Assembly: GCA_963845535.1 (NCBI GenBank)
Contig: CAWJSK010000022.1
Coordinates: 1 to 64,000 of the forward strand
DNA length: 64,000 nucleotides
Origin: an uncultured Spirochaetota bacterium
Lineage (GTDB): Bacteria; Spirochaetota; Spirochaetia; SZUA-6; Fen-1364
Direction of reading: 5' to 3'
The translations under genes and the position numbers were made by a program. Below, one piece after another: positions 28,971 through 38,777 of the stretch. The notes under the pieces were generated by a model. That model searched no databases and was not told the DNA's origin. It worked only from the letters and a program-made list of their open reading frames with translations. The first letter of the stretch is position 1, and each line of letters starts with the position of its first letter.

Positions 28971-29573
28971 ATGAAATTGACAGCTGGGCGCGTTGCGCTG
29001 CTCCTGCTTGCCTTGACGGTGGTGGGGTGCGCGCCCGCGACCGTGAAAGACAAGAAAGTAGTGCAGATGAGTTACACGGGGACCCTTTCGGACGGTTCGG
29101 TTTTCAGCCAGTCGGAGAAGGACAAGCCCTTGGAGTTCATGGTGGGGGAGGGAAGAATCATCCCGGCCCTGGAAAAGCAGCTCCTCGGCATGAAGGCCGG
29201 TGACAAGAGGAAGATCACCATCAAGGCCGTGGACGCTTACGGGGAGTACGACAAGAGCGCGCTCAAGGAGTTCCCCAAGAACGTGTTCCCCAAGGACGCC
29301 ACCTTCACTGTCGGGGAGCGGTTTGTCGTTCAGACCCCCAACGGGCCATACCCCATCAAGATTGCCGAGGTGAAAGACAAGAGCGTCGTGGTTGATTTTA
29401 ATCACCCGCTTGCCGGCAAGGACCTCACGTTCGACGTGCTGATCGTGAAGATCCGGGACGCTACCAAGGAAGAGCTGGCGCAGGTGCAGCCCCCTGCGGT
29501 CCAGCCCGCGTCGACACCGGCTCCCACCTCGACAACGGGGCCTGCGTCGACCCCGGCCCCCCAGCAGAAGTAG
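28971..29573 (+). CDS. FKBP-type (SlyD-like) peptidyl-prolyl isomerase with lipoprotein signal
   Basis: YTGTLSDGSVF, VDFNHPLAGKDLTF, VVGC lipobox. Confidence 0.9.
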   Translation: MKLTAGRVALLLLALTVVGCAPATVKDKKVVQMSYTGTLSDGSVFSQSEKDKPLEFMVGEGRIIPALEKQLLGMKAGDKRKITIKAVDAYGEYDKSALKEFPKNVFPKDATFTVGERFVVQTPNGPYPIKIAEVKDKSVVVDFNHPLAGKDLTFDVLIVKIRDATKEELAQVQPPAVQPASTPAPTSTTGPASTPAPQQK

Positions 29574-29595
29574 GCCGCCGGCCGGGGGCATCGGC

Positions 29596-30708
29596 GTGAC
29601 GCTCTCGGTATTTCTCACATCCGACCTCCACGTCGGGATGAAGTTCGCCGGATATCCCGACCAGCCCCAGGCCGCCCTTGTCGAGGCCCGTTCTGCCTGC
29701 CTTGAGCGAATGGTGGAAGAGGCGGGGAAGCGGCGGGCTGACCTTTTTGTGGTGGCAGGGGACCTCTTCGACAGGGTCTCCGTCTCACGCAAGGACATCC
29801 AGAGAGCCGCTTCCGCACTGCGCGCTTTCCCCGGAAAGCTCGTTGCCGTGCTGCCGGGAAACCATGACTACCTGGGTCCCGGAGACCAGCTCTGGCCCAC
29901 GTTCCGGGCGGCGTGCGGAGACCAGGTCCTGCTCCTGGATGAACCCCGACCATACCCTCTTGGACGTTTCGACCTGGATGCCGTCCTCTACCCCGGACCC
30001 TGCACGTCGAAGCACTCCCGCTCCAACGCCGTACAGTGGATCAGGGGCTGGCAGCGTGACCCGGGGGTGACCCATCATATCGGGGTAGCCCACGGAAGCC
30101 TGGAGGGTTTTTCCCCCGACTTCGATGAGAATTATTATCCCATGAGCAGCGCGGAGCTTCATGTCCTGGGGCTGGAGGTGTGGCTCATGGGCCACACGCA
30201 CGTCCCGTTCCCGTCCAAGCCCGGCCCGAGGGACAGGATCTTCTACCCAGGCACACCGGAACCTGACGGGTTCGACTGCTCGCACGGCGGCTCTGCCTGG
30301 CACCTTCAGCTCTCCGAGCAGGGGACCGCGGCCGCCCAGATTCCAACCGGTTCACTCCGGTTCGTTGAAGAAGCGGTCCCCGTCAAGGATTCGGCTGACC
30401 TCGAGCAGCTTCTCCAGAAGCATGGCGCAGAAAACGCTGGGAAGACACTGCTTCGGGCCCACCTGAACGGGCGTGTGCCGCGGGAGGTCCTCTCTGAAGT
30501 GGGGGAGGTGGGGCGGAGGCTCGCGGACAAGCTCCTTTACTGCGACCTCAGGACATCCGGCCTGTTTGAAGAGATCACCCGCGAAGCGATTGATCGCGAG
30601 TACCCCCAAGGCTCCTTTCCCCACCAGCTTCTCACCCGGCTCGCTGATGCAGGAGATACGAACGCCCTCTCCCTGGCCCAGCGGCTCCTTGAGGAAGCGC
30701 GGAAATGA
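29596..30708 (+). CDS. SbcD/Mre11-like metallophosphoesterase nuclease
   Basis: SDLHVG, AGDLFD, PGNHD, AHG, GHTH. Confidence 0.9.
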   Translation: MTLSVFLTSDLHVGMKFAGYPDQPQAALVEARSACLERMVEEAGKRRADLFVVAGDLFDRVSVSRKDIQRAASALRAFPGKLVAVLPGNHDYLGPGDQLWPTFRAACGDQVLLLDEPRPYPLGRFDLDAVLYPGPCTSKHSRSNAVQWIRGWQRDPGVTHHIGVAHGSLEGFSPDFDENYYPMSSAELHVLGLEVWLMGHTHVPFPSKPGPRDRIFYPGTPEPDGFDCSHGGSAWHLQLSEQGTAAAQIPTGSLRFVEEAVPVKDSADLEQLLQKHGAENAGKTLLRAHLNGRVPREVLSEVGEVGRRLADKLLYCDLRTSGLFEEITREAIDREYPQGSFPHQLLTRLADAGDTNALSLAQRLLEEARK

Positions 30709-33125
30709 TCATCACCCGGTTGCGGGTCCATCCCTTCGGCTTTTTCTCGGACAAAGAGATCCGCTTCGAGCCCGGGCTCAACGTCGTCCTGGGACCGAAC
30801 GAGGCCGGCAAGTCGACCCTGTTCTCAGCCATCCGCAGCTCCCTTCTTCGGGCGCGGCTGAAAAAGACGGAGTTCGACAGGCTCATGGCGCGGTTCCTTC
30901 CCGCGGAGGGCGGGGACGTGGCCCGGCTGGAGATGGAGTTCGTGACACCATCCGGCCCCTGGGTGCTCAAACGCCAGTGGGGAGCTGACGCCAGATCCGA
31001 GCTTCTTCTGCCGGGCGGAGGGATTGTCGTCGACGACGAGGCCATCAAGGAAAAGCTCCAGGAAGCGCTTCCTGCCCGGCAGGGCACGTTCTGGAAAGTG
31101 CTCATGACCGGGCAGGCTGAGCTTGCGCGGACGCTGGAGTCTTTGCGGGCGGACGGAGGCGGGGCAGTCTCGGACCTGACCGACATGCTGCGGCGCACGG
31201 TGCTGGAAACCGGCGGCATTCCCGTTGACGCGTTTCGAACCCTCTTGAACGGCCATTTCAAGGAAAGCTTCAGCCACTGGGACAACGTTCATGACGGCCC
31301 GGAAGCGGGCCGAGGGATCGAACGGCCGTGGAAGAAGGAAGTGGGGGCAATACTCACCGCCTGGTATGCCCGGGAAAACCTCAGGGCCCGGCGGGACAGG
31401 GCAGCGGCGTATGAGGTTGCCTTGGACGCGGTGAACGGCAGGCTTCGGGAGGCAGAGCAAGCTGTGACCACGGCTGACACCTTCCTTTCGGCCAACCGCA
31501 AGGCTGAGCAGGACGCGCGGAACCGGCGGACGCTCGAGGCCCAGCGGGCCGCGCTTTCGCTGGAGCAGAGGGACTTTCACGCCGTGAGCCGCGAATGGCC
31601 CGTCGCGGAAGCGCGGGCCCGCGAGATCAAGGGCAAGCTGGAGGAGCTCGATCGGTGCCGCGCGCCTCTGGAGGCAGAGGTTGCGGAAGCCCGCGCCCAG
31701 GAAGAGGGCCGGGCCTTGCGCGAAAAGCATGAACGGGTGCAACGCCGAAAGGCGCAACTCCAGGAAGCGCGAGCGCGGGCGCTTGCCGCTCCGGCGCCTT
31801 CCCGCAAGGACTTGGAAGCCATCCGCGCGGCGGCGCATGCCGCTGCAACGCTCAAGGCGGGGATCGAAGCGGGGAAGCTCACCATGCGGATCACGGGGCG
31901 GGCTGACGTCGAAATCGTGATCCAGGAGGATCTGGGTCCGCAGAAGACCGTTCGCGTTCCCCAAGGGGAAAACGTGGAGCTGCGGGCCGCGGGCCGCATG
32001 CGCCTCGTCACTCCCAAGGCGGAGATCGAGGTGACTTCGGGGGACGCGGGCGCGCTGGCTGCCTCCCGGCAGGAGCAGGCCGCGCGGGAGGCTTTGCAGG
32101 CGCTCCTGGCGCGCGTCGGCGCGGCGCGTGTGGAAGAGGCTGAGGAGCGCGCCCGCGTCGGTGACGCTCATGCAGCCGCGGTCCGCGCGGCGGAGAACAA
32201 CCTCACGGAGGAGCTGGGCGGCCAGACGGAGGAAGACCTGGGGGCGCGAGTGGCCGCGCTGGGTCCCGCCCGGCCCGCGCGGCCGCTTGCAGAGTGCAGC
32301 GCCGAGCTCGCGCGGCTTCAGGCGGAAAGCGAAGCCCTGCGCCGGGAGCTGAAGACCGTCTCGGCCCAGCTTTCGGGATGGGCGGAGCGCTTCGGCAGGA
32401 TGGAGACGGTGGTGGATCGCCTGGCGGATTCGCGGCTTCGGGACCAGGAGATCTCCCGCGAGCTTGCCGCATGCGCGCCGCTTCCTGATGGGTTCGCGGA
32501 CACCGGATCGTTTCTGAAAGCCTACGAGGCCGCCCGTGACGAGTCGAAGCGGAGCGGTGATGAAAAAGCGAAGTTCGCCGATGAAAAGCGCGACCTGGAA
32601 AAGAGCGCGCCCGAGCAATCATCCGAAGAGCTGACACGGACGCTTGCGCAGGCTGCGGATGATTTCGAGGTGGCGCTCGGCACCGGCCAGGCGCTCACGC
32701 GCATCAGCAATGTGACGGACGAGCTGCTGGGAAAAAGCGACACGGCGGTGATTGCCGGCATGCGCGCGGCCCTGGAGCCCCTGATCCAGGCCATGAGCGA
32801 AGGCCGTCACGCCGGGGTGGCCCTGGACGGGTCCCTTCCGCGCGGCCTCGCGAATGCACGTGGCCATGTTCTTGGATGGGAGCTGCTTTCCGGCGGCACC
32901 CGGGACATGCTTGCGCTGGCGTTGCGGCTCGCCATGGCAACCTTTTTCCTGAGGGAAACGGACGGGTTCCTCATGCTGGATGACCCGCTCTCAGAGATGG
33001 ATCCCGAGCGCCAGAAGGCAGCCGCGGTGATCCTACGTTCCTTTGCGAAAGACAAGCAACTCGTTGTCTTTACGTGCCACCCCGCCAGCGCGGAAATGAT
33101 GGGGGGAAACCTCATCCGCCTGTGA
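30705..33125 (+). CDS. SMC/SbcC-like coiled-coil ATPase
   Basis: GPNEAGKST, long coiled coil, LSGG, LDDP. Confidence 0.9.
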   Translation: MIITRLRVHPFGFFSDKEIRFEPGLNVVLGPNEAGKSTLFSAIRSSLLRARLKKTEFDRLMARFLPAEGGDVARLEMEFVTPSGPWVLKRQWGADARSELLLPGGGIVVDDEAIKEKLQEALPARQGTFWKVLMTGQAELARTLESLRADGGGAVSDLTDMLRRTVLETGGIPVDAFRTLLNGHFKESFSHWDNVHDGPEAGRGIERPWKKEVGAILTAWYARENLRARRDRAAAYEVALDAVNGRLREAEQAVTTADTFLSANRKAEQDARNRRTLEAQRAALSLEQRDFHAVSREWPVAEARAREIKGKLEELDRCRAPLEAEVAEARAQEEGRALREKHERVQRRKAQLQEARARALAAPAPSRKDLEAIRAAAHAAATLKAGIEAGKLTMRITGRADVEIVIQEDLGPQKTVRVPQGENVELRAAGRMRLVTPKAEIEVTSGDAGALAASRQEQAAREALQALLARVGAARVEEAEERARVGDAHAAAVRAAENNLTEELGGQTEEDLGARVAALGPARPARPLAECSAELARLQAESEALRRELKTVSAQLSGWAERFGRMETVVDRLADSRLRDQEISRELAACAPLPDGFADTGSFLKAYEAARDESKRSGDEKAKFADEKRDLEKSAPEQSSEELTRTLAQAADDFEVALGTGQALTRISNVTDELLGKSDTAVIAGMRAALEPLIQAMSEGRHAGVALDGSLPRGLANARGHVLGWELLSGGTRDMLALALRLAMATFFLRETDGFLMLDDPLSEMDPERQKAAAVILRSFAKDKQLVVFTCHPASAEMMGGNLIRL

Positions 33126-33141
33126 CGCCAGCCGGGACGTC

Positions 33142-34038
33142 CTATACCCCACCGCCGGCAGAGTCCTGCGCGGGCGCATCCTTTCGGGCTTGCTCAAGGC
33201 AGCTTTCGAACTCCCCAAGGCGCACCGGCTCCCGCTTCCTGTTCTCGTTGAAGAGCCGCACCATTGAGGCGGCGTCCGCCGCGTTCTCGTCGATGATCCG
33301 CCGCATGAGCTGCTTGGATCCCACCATTTCCGGCGACAAGTCGAACCGCCTGGCGTAATACTCGCGCGCGTACCACAGGACGCGCGCCAGACGCCGCCCC
33401 TCGGGTTTGAGGCGGTGGTAGCCCGGGATGCGCGTATAGTTCGAGAACGGGTCCCACGTTCGTACGGCGCTCTGTCTCTCCCAGTTCTTGCGAAGAAACT
33501 CCATCATGAGCTTCTTTTCGACCAGCTCCGCCAGGAGCTGGTCAGCAATGTCAGGAAGACCAAGCACGTCGGACACCGCGTACTCCAGCAGATCGGGCTG
33601 AAGCGGACGGCGCATCCAGTTGGCTCTCTGGAACCTGTCTTTCGAGGAGCGCGATCGGCCCGTCGGAGAAAGAGCCGAGAGGCCGCCCGGCTTCTTCAGC
33701 AGTTGCGCGGCTATTGCCACGTCGAGGATGGGGGCCGGGCTGAGGCCGAGGTCATGGCGGAACGCAAGGAGGTCGTTTGCCGCGTCGTATATCACTTTCA
33801 CCCAGGAGGAGTCCTGCAGGAGTGTCGCCAACGCCTCGCGGGAGGAGAGGGCCGGCACGTCGATCACCCACGCCCGCTTTCCGTCGAAAATCTGGATCAG
33901 CGAGACGCGGATCCCATAGGAGTGCAGGTTGTTTTCACCTTCGATGTCCACCGCGGCCCGTACGCAGCCCGTGTCCCGAAGCTGCGCGGCCAGGGAGGCC
34001 ACACCGTCTTCTGTTTGAATGAGCTTGTAGTCACGCAT
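33142..34038 (-). CDS. Ribonuclease D-like 3'-5' exonuclease
   Basis: AVDIEGE, LIQI, NWMRRPL...YAVSDV, HRDC-like tail. Confidence 0.82.
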   Translation of the reverse strand: MRDYKLIQTEDGVASLAAQLRDTGCVRAAVDIEGENNLHSYGIRVSLIQIFDGKRAWVIDVPALSSREALATLLQDSSWVKVIYDAANDLLAFRHDLGLSPAPILDVAIAAQLLKKPGGLSALSPTGRSRSSKDRFQRANWMRRPLQPDLLEYAVSDVLGLPDIADQLLAELVEKKLMMEFLRKNWERQSAVRTWDPFSNYTRIPGYHRLKPEGRRLARVLWYAREYYARRFDLSPEMVGSKQLMRRIIDENAADAASMVRLFNENRKREPVRLGEFESCLEQARKDAPAQDSAGGGV

Positions 34039-34201
34039 TTGCTTCTCGGTAGTCCATTTCCTTCTGGCGCGTGAGTATAGACTCCTCATGCACTCGTCTC
34101 AAGTTACAGGCCTGACTTTCCTGGCTTTCAGGGTTGGCTTTCTGAGTCCTGCAAACGAAATGCAATACTCCCGAGTCTCTCGGAGGCCATGTTCTCTTTT
34201 G

Positions 34202-34230
34202 TTGCAATGTCACAAATTCGGTGATAAAAT
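34202..34230 (+). promoter_or_regulatory. Sigma70 promoter with a palindromic operator candidate in the spacer
   Basis: TTGCAA-17-TAAAAT. The spacer contains tcac-N7-gtga. Confidence 0.7.
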
Positions 34231-34258
34231 GCGACGAAACGGGCAAAAGGAAAGAAAC

Positions 34259-35251
34259 ATGAAACTCGCTGCATTTTCGGTCCTCTACAAAACCAAACCT
34301 CTTGGCGAAGTCCTGGACATTTTCCGCGCCAAGGGCATACGCCATGTGGAGGTGGGAGCAGGCGGCTTTATCGGCAAAGAGCACTGTGACCCTGGGAAGC
34401 TTCTGACGGACAAGAAGGCCCGGGAGGCCTTCCAGGCGGAGTTCCTCCGCAGGGAAATGCAGATTGCGTGTCTCAGCTGCCACGGCAACCCGGTGCATCC
34501 CCAAAAGCATCTTGCGCAGACCTACCACCAGGATATCAAAGAGGCCGTTGACCTGGCGTCCCTGTTGAAGGTCGAGCGTATCGTGACGTTCTCCGGCTGC
34601 CCCGGCGACTGCGAGCAATCCCAGTATCCCAACTGGCCCGTCTCCCCTTTCCCCGAGGATTTCCAGACCGTGCTTGCCTGGCAGTGGGAGCAGAAGCTCC
34701 TCCCGTACTGGAAAGAGATGGGCAGGTACGCCGAGGACAAAGGGGTCAGGATCGCGCTGGAGATGCACGGGGGATACTCGGTGCATTCTCCCGCCACGGC
34801 CATCCGGATGCGCCGGGAAACCGGCAGCAAGGCCATCGGCGCCAACCTGGACCCGAGCCACATGTGGTGGCAGGGCATTGACCCCGCACAGGCCGCGCGG
34901 TTCCTCGGCAAGGAGGCCTGCCTCTCCTACTTCCACGCCAAGGACGCGGCCGTGGACACCAACTTTTCCTCGTACCACGGCCTGACGGACATGCAGAGCT
35001 TCGGGACCGTGTACGGACGGGCCTGGCAGTTCCGCACGGTCGGCTTCGGCCACGGCCTGAAGGAATGGGCGGACATTTTCAGCGCCCTTCGCTCCAGCGG
35101 GTATGACGAAATTGTGAGCATCGAGCATGAGGACTCGTACATGTCGGTGGAAGAGGGCCTGGACAAGGCCATTGCGAACCTCCGCCAGGTGATGATGTTC
35201 GAGCCAGGCTCGACGCCCAAGGCGTTTGCCATCGATCCGAGGTTCGCCTGA
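34259..35251 (+). CDS. Sugar phosphate isomerase/epimerase (TIM barrel)
   Basis: ALEMH, NLDPSH, HAKD, SIEHED. Confidence 0.88.
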   Translation: MKLAAFSVLYKTKPLGEVLDIFRAKGIRHVEVGAGGFIGKEHCDPGKLLTDKKAREAFQAEFLRREMQIACLSCHGNPVHPQKHLAQTYHQDIKEAVDLASLLKVERIVTFSGCPGDCEQSQYPNWPVSPFPEDFQTVLAWQWEQKLLPYWKEMGRYAEDKGVRIALEMHGGYSVHSPATAIRMRRETGSKAIGANLDPSHMWWQGIDPAQAARFLGKEACLSYFHAKDAAVDTNFSSYHGLTDMQSFGTVYGRAWQFRTVGFGHGLKEWADIFSALRSSGYDEIVSIEHEDSYMSVEEGLDKAIANLRQVMMFEPGSTPKAFAIDPRFA

Positions 35252-35276
35252 TGCGATTGTCGGACGGGGACCGCGC

Positions 35277-36212
35277 ATGATCAACACCCTCACGCTGAAC
35301 CCCGCAATCGACAAAGTCATCTACCTTGATACCCTGGAGAAGAACCACACCAACCGGGTGGAGAACACCGCCGAGGTCATCGGCGGCAAAGGCACGCACG
35401 TCTCGATCAACCTCAAGCTTCTCGGGACCGCGAGCCGGGCGTTCGGGATCTGCCATGGCCGTTCCGGCAGGCGGATCATGGGCTACCTGGAGGACTATGG
35501 CCTGGAGGTTGCCTTCATCCACAAGAACGGCGCGGAGAGCAGGACCAACTATCTCCTGGTGGAGCGCGACAACGACTGCACCATCATTGCTGAAAAAGGC
35601 GTCCCGCTCAGGGACGCGGAGATTGCGGAGCTCATCACAAGCCTCAAGGCGGGCACGAAGGTCGGGGACGACCTCGTGCTTTCCGGTGACGCGGGCAACT
35701 GCGCAAACCCGTTCGTCTACAACGAAATCCTGGAGGAGCTGCGGGACAGGAAGCTTCGCGTCTTTGTGGACACGAGCGGCCCCGCCCTGGCCCGGTGCGT
35801 CCAAGGCGCTCCGTTTCTCATCAAGCCGAACCTCCGCGAGCTTTCGGCTCTGTGCAGAAGAGAGGTGAGCGCTCGGGATGAGGATGTGCTGCGCGCCCTG
35901 GCATCCCTGGAAGGGTCGGGCATCCAGATCATTGCAGTGTCCCTCGGAAGCGCCGGATCCATACTCGCGTGCCCACAGGGAGTGTTCAAGGCCGTCCCTC
36001 CAAACGTGCGGACTCACAACACCATCGGCTGCGGGGATTGCTATCTGGCTGGGCTCGTGCACGGGATCAGCGAAGGAAAGCCCATCGAGGAGATTCTGCG
36101 GACGGCAACTGCCGCCTCGGCGGCTACTGCCGAGTCATCGCTTTCCGTCGGCTTCGACCCTCTGCGGGCGCGCGAGCTTCTGGGGGCGTGCGATGTGCGC
36201 AGGATCAGCTGA
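35277..36212 (+). CDS. 1-phosphofructokinase-family hexose kinase
   Basis: TLTLNPAID, GGKG, IKPN, NTIGCGD. Confidence 0.9.
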   Translation: MINTLTLNPAIDKVIYLDTLEKNHTNRVENTAEVIGGKGTHVSINLKLLGTASRAFGICHGRSGRRIMGYLEDYGLEVAFIHKNGAESRTNYLLVERDNDCTIIAEKGVPLRDAEIAELITSLKAGTKVGDDLVLSGDAGNCANPFVYNEILEELRDRKLRVFVDTSGPALARCVQGAPFLIKPNLRELSALCRREVSARDEDVLRALASLEGSGIQIIAVSLGSAGSILACPQGVFKAVPPNVRTHNTIGCGDCYLAGLVHGISEGKPIEEILRTATAASAATAESSLSVGFDPLRARELLGACDVRRIS

Positions 36213-36242
36213 CAGAAGGGCTTGTGAGGAGGACGGTCTGCA

Positions 36243-36848
36243 ATGAGGCATTTGTCATACCGGGAGATGCGTCGGGAGATGGTCACGGTTGCCAAAATGA
36301 TGTGGGACAGAAGACTGACCAACGCAGCCGGCGGGAACTTCGCCGTGAAGGTGGCGCCGGACCGCATGCTGGTGAGCCCGTCGCTCATGTCAGAGCGCAA
36401 ACACTGTGAGCTGGATGAGAGCGATCTCCTTCTCGTGGACTTCGACATGAACGTTCTGGAAGGCACAGGAAAGCTCTCACGGGAGAGCTACATGCACAAG
36501 CTGATCCTGAGCAATTTCGACACCATCGGCTGCACCATCCACGCCCATCCTTTCTGGTGCATGGTCTATGTAGTCCAGGCAAAACCGATCCCCAGCGTCT
36601 CCGAGGCCACCATGGGAAGGGGAGACGTCGGTTGTATCCCGTACACCAAGGCGTACACGAAGGAGCTGTCGGAGAACGTGTACCGCTACTTCGAGGAGCG
36701 CCGGGCGGTGGCGGAGAAGAAGCCCATCGGGTGCATCCTTCCCCTTCATGGGGTGGTGGTCTCGGGGCCGGACATCTTCATGGCCTACAGCATGCTTGAA
36801 CGCATCGAATGCGACGCCGTGTGCGGGCTATTCAAAAACATGATATAG
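36243..36848 (+). CDS. Class II aldolase
   Basis: GGNFAV, SRE..MH, IHAHP, HGVV. Confidence 0.88.
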   Translation: MRHLSYREMRREMVTVAKMMWDRRLTNAAGGNFAVKVAPDRMLVSPSLMSERKHCELDESDLLLVDFDMNVLEGTGKLSRESYMHKLILSNFDTIGCTIHAHPFWCMVYVVQAKPIPSVSEATMGRGDVGCIPYTKAYTKELSENVYRYFEERRAVAEKKPIGCILPLHGVVVSGPDIFMAYSMLERIECDAVCGLFKNMI

Positions 36849-36867
36849 CTCTGGAAGGGACTGCACG

Positions 36868-37647
36868 ATGCTTGGATTCGAACGAAAGGCGGAGATCGCA
36901 ACTCTCCTCGAGCGCGCCGGCAGGGTGGAGGTGGCCTCGCTTTCGGAGCGCTTCGATGTCTGCAAGGAAACGATCCGGCGCGACCTGCGCGAGCTGGAGA
37001 GGGAAGGGATCATCAGGCGAACCCACGGAGGGGCCGTCCTGGACCAGGGGGCTTCCCGAGCGTCGGCGGAGTTTCCGGTGGGCGTCCGGGAGATCCAGCG
37101 CCAGGAGGAGAAGATCCGCATATGCCGCCGGGCGGCAACCATGATCCAGGATGGGGACACCGTATTCATGGACAACAGCTCCACGACGCTCTACCTGCTG
37201 CGCGCCATTGCGCGTGACCTCAAGGTCAGCATCATCACGAACTCCCTGAAGCTGCTCCTCGAGGCGGTGCGCATAGGGAATCCGAATCTCCAGTTCATCT
37301 GCCTGGGAGGCGAGCTCAAGGAAAGCAACATGTCCTTCTCCGGGGCAATCCCGCAGCGGATTGCCCGGGACTATTTCCCCACCATGGCGTTCATGTCCTG
37401 CACGAGCATCAACGAGGAACAGAAGCTCGCCGACTCCAGCGCCGCTGAGGTGGATACCAAGCGGATGATGATCGAGCGTTCCCAGAGCGTCGTGATCCTT
37501 GCCGACTACACGAAGTTCACGCGCCTGGGACAGGTGTTCCTGGCGGATTTCGATTCGATAGGCTTCATCGTAACGGACGAAAAGGCGGATCTTTCATCCC
37601 TCGAGTACTTGAGGAAATACAAGACGAAGCTGATCGTCGCGGAGTAG
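36868..37647 (+). CDS. DeoR/GlpR transcriptional regulator
   Basis: ETIRRDL...RTHGGA. Confidence 0.93.
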   Translation: MLGFERKAEIATLLERAGRVEVASLSERFDVCKETIRRDLRELEREGIIRRTHGGAVLDQGASRASAEFPVGVREIQRQEEKIRICRRAATMIQDGDTVFMDNSSTTLYLLRAIARDLKVSIITNSLKLLLEAVRIGNPNLQFICLGGELKESNMSFSGAIPQRIARDYFPTMAFMSCTSINEEQKLADSSAAEVDTKRMMIERSQSVVILADYTKFTRLGQVFLADFDSIGFIVTDEKADLSSLEYLRKYKTKLIVAE

Positions 37648-37649
37648 AG

Positions 37650-38717
37650 TTGGCGGCGGCTTCCCGCCCGCGTACATTGGAAGCGTCCGTCGTGAAGCGA
37701 AAGACACGTTTCTTCATTGTTGCAGCGGCTCTCATGGCAGCCGTCGGCCTTGCCGTAGGGACTTTCGGAAGCTCCGCGGACGGCACTCCGTCTTTCGCGC
37801 ATCTGTTGTTTCGGGCGGCTCTCCTGCGCCGGTCCGCCGAGCGCATCGAGGCGGAGTCTCCCACGTATCTCACCCCGCCGCCGCTGTATACGGAGAGGGG
37901 CCTCGGCAGGCCGTGGCGTGTGGGGATCCAGGCGGGCCATTGGCAAATCGATGCCTTGCCGGACGAGCTGGCACGGCTTCGGACCGACACGGGAGCAAGC
38001 TACGGAAACCTCCAGGAAGTCGACGTGAACCTCCGCATTGCCCGACGCATCGCGCTGGACTTGTCCCGGACGGGAGTAGAGGTGGACCTGCTGCCCGCAA
38101 CGGTGCCCGCCGGCTATGACGCGGATGCCTTCGTGGCAATCCACGCGGATGGGGGAGGGCCGCGCGAACGAGGATTCAAAGTATCCGTTCCCTGGCGGGC
38201 TTCCCCCGCCTCCCGCCTCCTTCAAGGCGACATCGAGCGCGTCTATGGCGAGCTTTCCACGATCCCCCGGGACCGTTACGGCGTCACGTACAACATGCGC
38301 GGCTACTATGGTTTTAGCTGGTATCGATTTGCCCACGCCGTGGCGCCCTCGACTCCGTGCGCAATCATCGAGACGGGGTACCTCACCTCGCGGGCGGACC
38401 GCGAGGTCATTGTGAATGACCCGGATGCGGCGGCCGCGGCAATAGCGGCTGGAATCATGCTTTATCTGAGCGAGCGTCCGGGCCTGAGACCTGACGCGCT
38501 GGTTGCGCGCGTGTATCAGCCCATGATCGTCACCGCGGACGAGGCGGCTCTCAGGTCCTTTCCCGGTGACGCGGAACGTATCACCGCCGTGCTTCCGGCG
38601 GGCACGGTGGTGCGCCCCACGCACGTAGAAAACGGCTGGGTGGAGCTGATGCAGTGGGGGGACTTCAGGGTTTTCGGCTGGATGAAGCTGGCTGACCTGG
38701 GGGCGCCGGGCGGCTGA
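37650..38717 (+). CDS. N-acetylmuramoyl-L-alanine amidase with C-terminal SH3-like domain (start uncertain)
   Basis: IQAGH, E..VNL, AIHAD, IIETG. Confidence 0.8.
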   Translation: MAAASRPRTLEASVVKRKTRFFIVAAALMAAVGLAVGTFGSSADGTPSFAHLLFRAALLRRSAERIEAESPTYLTPPPLYTERGLGRPWRVGIQAGHWQIDALPDELARLRTDTGASYGNLQEVDVNLRIARRIALDLSRTGVEVDLLPATVPAGYDADAFVAIHADGGGPRERGFKVSVPWRASPASRLLQGDIERVYGELSTIPRDRYGVTYNMRGYYGFSWYRFAHAVAPSTPCAIIETGYLTSRADREVIVNDPDAAAAAIAAGIMLYLSERPGLRPDALVARVYQPMIVTADEAALRSFPGDAERITAVLPAGTVVRPTHVENGWVELMQWGDFRVFGWMKLADLGAPGG

Positions 38718-38777
38718 GGCGCGTTTCCTTTGCCAGAGGGGCGATCCCGAGGGCAGAGATGCCGTGAGGTCCGGCAG

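Noticed and set aside
28911..29798. N-terminal 296-aa extension of the radical SAM ORF
   Set aside because: It is the antisense of the FKBP and SbcD-like genes. The likely start is 28910.
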